A stretch of DNA of 64,000 bases from Lytechinus pictus (taxonomy: Eukaryota): the NCBI RefSeq assembly GCF_037042905.1, contig NC_087252.1, positions 23,686,001 through 23,750,000 on the forward strand. The letters run 5' to 3'. The stretch's first letter is position 1, and every line of letters starts with the position of its first letter. The translations under genes were made by a program, and so were the position numbers. Positions 62,501-64,000 of the stretch are shown here, one piece after another. The notes beneath the pieces were generated by a model. The model saw only the letters and a program-made list of their open reading frames with translations. It was not told where the DNA came from and ran no database searches.

Positions 62501-62524
62501 ATTCCTTCCATCCAAGATGTTGAT
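56581..62524 (-). CDS. FAM234/ITFG3-like protein, last seven coding exons (62338-62524, 61494-61619, 60559-60788, 59204-59953, 58248-58320, 57429-57494, 56581-56840)
   Basis: All exons have AG/GT boundaries with matching phases and one open frame (INILDGRNG..AFFYW..CRERFNS..PGQVVY..QRLISTGTLAP..YYGLDHDAYE..QQEWGAYMGTYGNS); family name recalled from motifs, unverified. Confidence 0.8.
57001..57224. mobile_element. Small intronic MITE
   Basis: CAGGGG..TTTCACAAAGATTTAAG inverted ends; ATGAA on both flanks. Confidence 0.65.
58522..58681. mobile_element. Small intronic MITE
   Basis: GCTCCG..ACACAAAG..TTAGCGAT inverted with ATCGCTAA..CTTTGTGT..CGGAGC. Confidence 0.55.
61137..61375 (+). mobile_element. 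tRNA-derived SINE
   Basis: TGGCTCAGTTGG A-box, decayed B-box, body AGACCAAAAGACGTTAAAAGATGG. Confidence 0.65.
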
Positions 62525-62594
62525 CTTTGTGCGATGAAATAGAAGTGAATAATAATATATTTGGAAAGCACCATACCCACTTGTGGTAATTGCT

Positions 62595-62762
62595 CAAGGC
62601 GCTGGAAGTTCAAGCAAATCCCAGCAATGGCATAGTTTCCTTCAGCAAGTATCCTTATTGTGCTGCACTCAACCCAGGCGAGGTGAATTGGTACCCGGCA
62701 GGATTAATTGAGTGACCGAGCGGTGAAAGGCAGCTTGAGCTTAAGTCAGGGTAATAATAATA
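62595..62762 (+). mobile_element. Degenerate SINE related to 47470-47632
   Basis: ACTCAACCCAGGCGAGGTGAATTGGTACCCGGCAGG core and (TAA)n end. Confidence 0.5.
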
Positions 62763-63539
62763 ACTAGAGATGCTCGGCAGGTCGCACGGCCGAGCACATG
62801 TATCCCCCGAACCCACCGCGTCATCGGTCATTGCAATATATAGAGCTCACATAGAAATTTGACAAATAAATACAATTGTCATGGCGACAATGACACTGCC
62901 CACATTTTGCCTGTGGGTATTAAATTTGATGACAATAATATGACGTAGCAGCGTGACTCTGCCGAACCGAAAGTATTTTCCAGTATCACCTGTTGGGGAA
63001 TACAATTATAGAGTAATCTGGATATATTTTGTAAACCTAACCCTAAGACCCCCACCAAAAATGATAGGCATCTTCGGTTCACCATCTGATATTGCTTCTG
63101 TGTGCCAACTGTTATGACAAACTGGAAAAAAGCAGAAGTTACAGGTTCTACCAAATTTTCCACAAAAATATGGTTACCATGGCAACCATGTCTCCACCTA
63201 CTCCAAAATCATTAGGCGTCTTTGCTTTACCATAATGGACCTTCATGACAAATTTGAAGATAATTGGAGAAGAAATGCAGCCAGTAGAGCACTCACAAGG
63301 AAATCTCTGCTATTTCCACAAAAACTCGTTACCATCCCAGGTCAAAAAAACAGTTAAGGACTATGAGGCGCCGAATGTACCAATATTATATAGAACAATT
63401 ATTTGTTATATAATCATTATTTATTAAATAATAACTATTATTTATATATAATTTACATTTTATTTGTAAATAACTACTATTATATAAAATATAATTTCTA
63501 ATTATTTATATATAATTCCAAGTAATACTTCATTATTTG

Positions 63540-64000
63540 TAAATAATAATAGTTCGACATTCCATTATTTACAAATAATGATTATTTGTTTTTCATTATT
63601 TATAAATAATGATTATTTGTTTTTCATTATTTATAAATAATGATTATTTGTTTTTCATTATTTATAAATAATGATTATTTGTTTTTCATTATTTATAAAT
63701 AATGATTATTTGTTTTTCATTATTTACAAATAATGATTATTTGTTTTTCATTATTTATAAATAATGATTATTTGTTTTTCATTATTTATAAATAATTTGT
63801 TGAGTTTTCCATTATTTATAAATAATGATTATTTGTTAAATAATGAAAACGTCTACTTCATTATTTATAAATAATTTTTATTTAATGTTCGAGTTTTCCA
63901 TTATTTATAAATAAAGATTATTTGTTAAATAATGAAATATCTACTTCATTATTTATAAATAATAATTTTGTTTCAATATCCCATTATTTATAAATAATCA
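63540..64000. repeat. AT-rich ~33-bp minisatellite
   Basis: (TTATTTATAAATAATGATTATTTGTTTTTTCA)-like units running to the window end. Confidence 0.85.

Noticed and set aside
62763..63400. Second Helentron-type element starting AACTAGAGATGCTCGG
   Set aside because: Only one end-like hairpin is visible and the other boundary cannot be placed

Overview
AT-rich, intron-containing eukaryotic DNA, probably from a marine invertebrate (echinoderm-like repeats; inference only), dominated by nested transposable elements. Two host genes lie on the minus strand: a type I membrane protein with V-type and C-type Ig domains and a TM segment (exons 46450-46797, 20891-21304, 20311-20397, joined in frame across a ~25-kb intron), and the last seven exons of a FAM234/ITFG3-like gene (56581-62524). 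The most unusual signal is three different LTR retroelements (2010-9164 +, 10548-16497 -, 23534-41684 +) that break the TG..CA rule. They have short LTRs (129-156 bp) that start CGCCA and end TG(G/T)CG, 3-bp target duplications, a long tRNA-Leu-like PBS and a shared PPT spacer, which fits Troyka-type elements. One carries gag-pro-RT(LADD)-RNaseH-IN. The other two lack their own RT/IN but keep protease remnants plus long acidic ORFs. Also present: a Transib-like foldback with 23-RSS-like ends, a Ginger-like element stretched to 24.7 kb by nested insertions (canonical Gypsy, L2, L1/Tx1, Academ-like foldback, Kolobok MITE), hAT/Harbinger/Tc1 MITEs, a Helentron-type element carrying a 154-bp DR1 satellite, and tRNA-derived SINEs. 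Family names come from terminal signatures and motifs read by eye, not from database searches.
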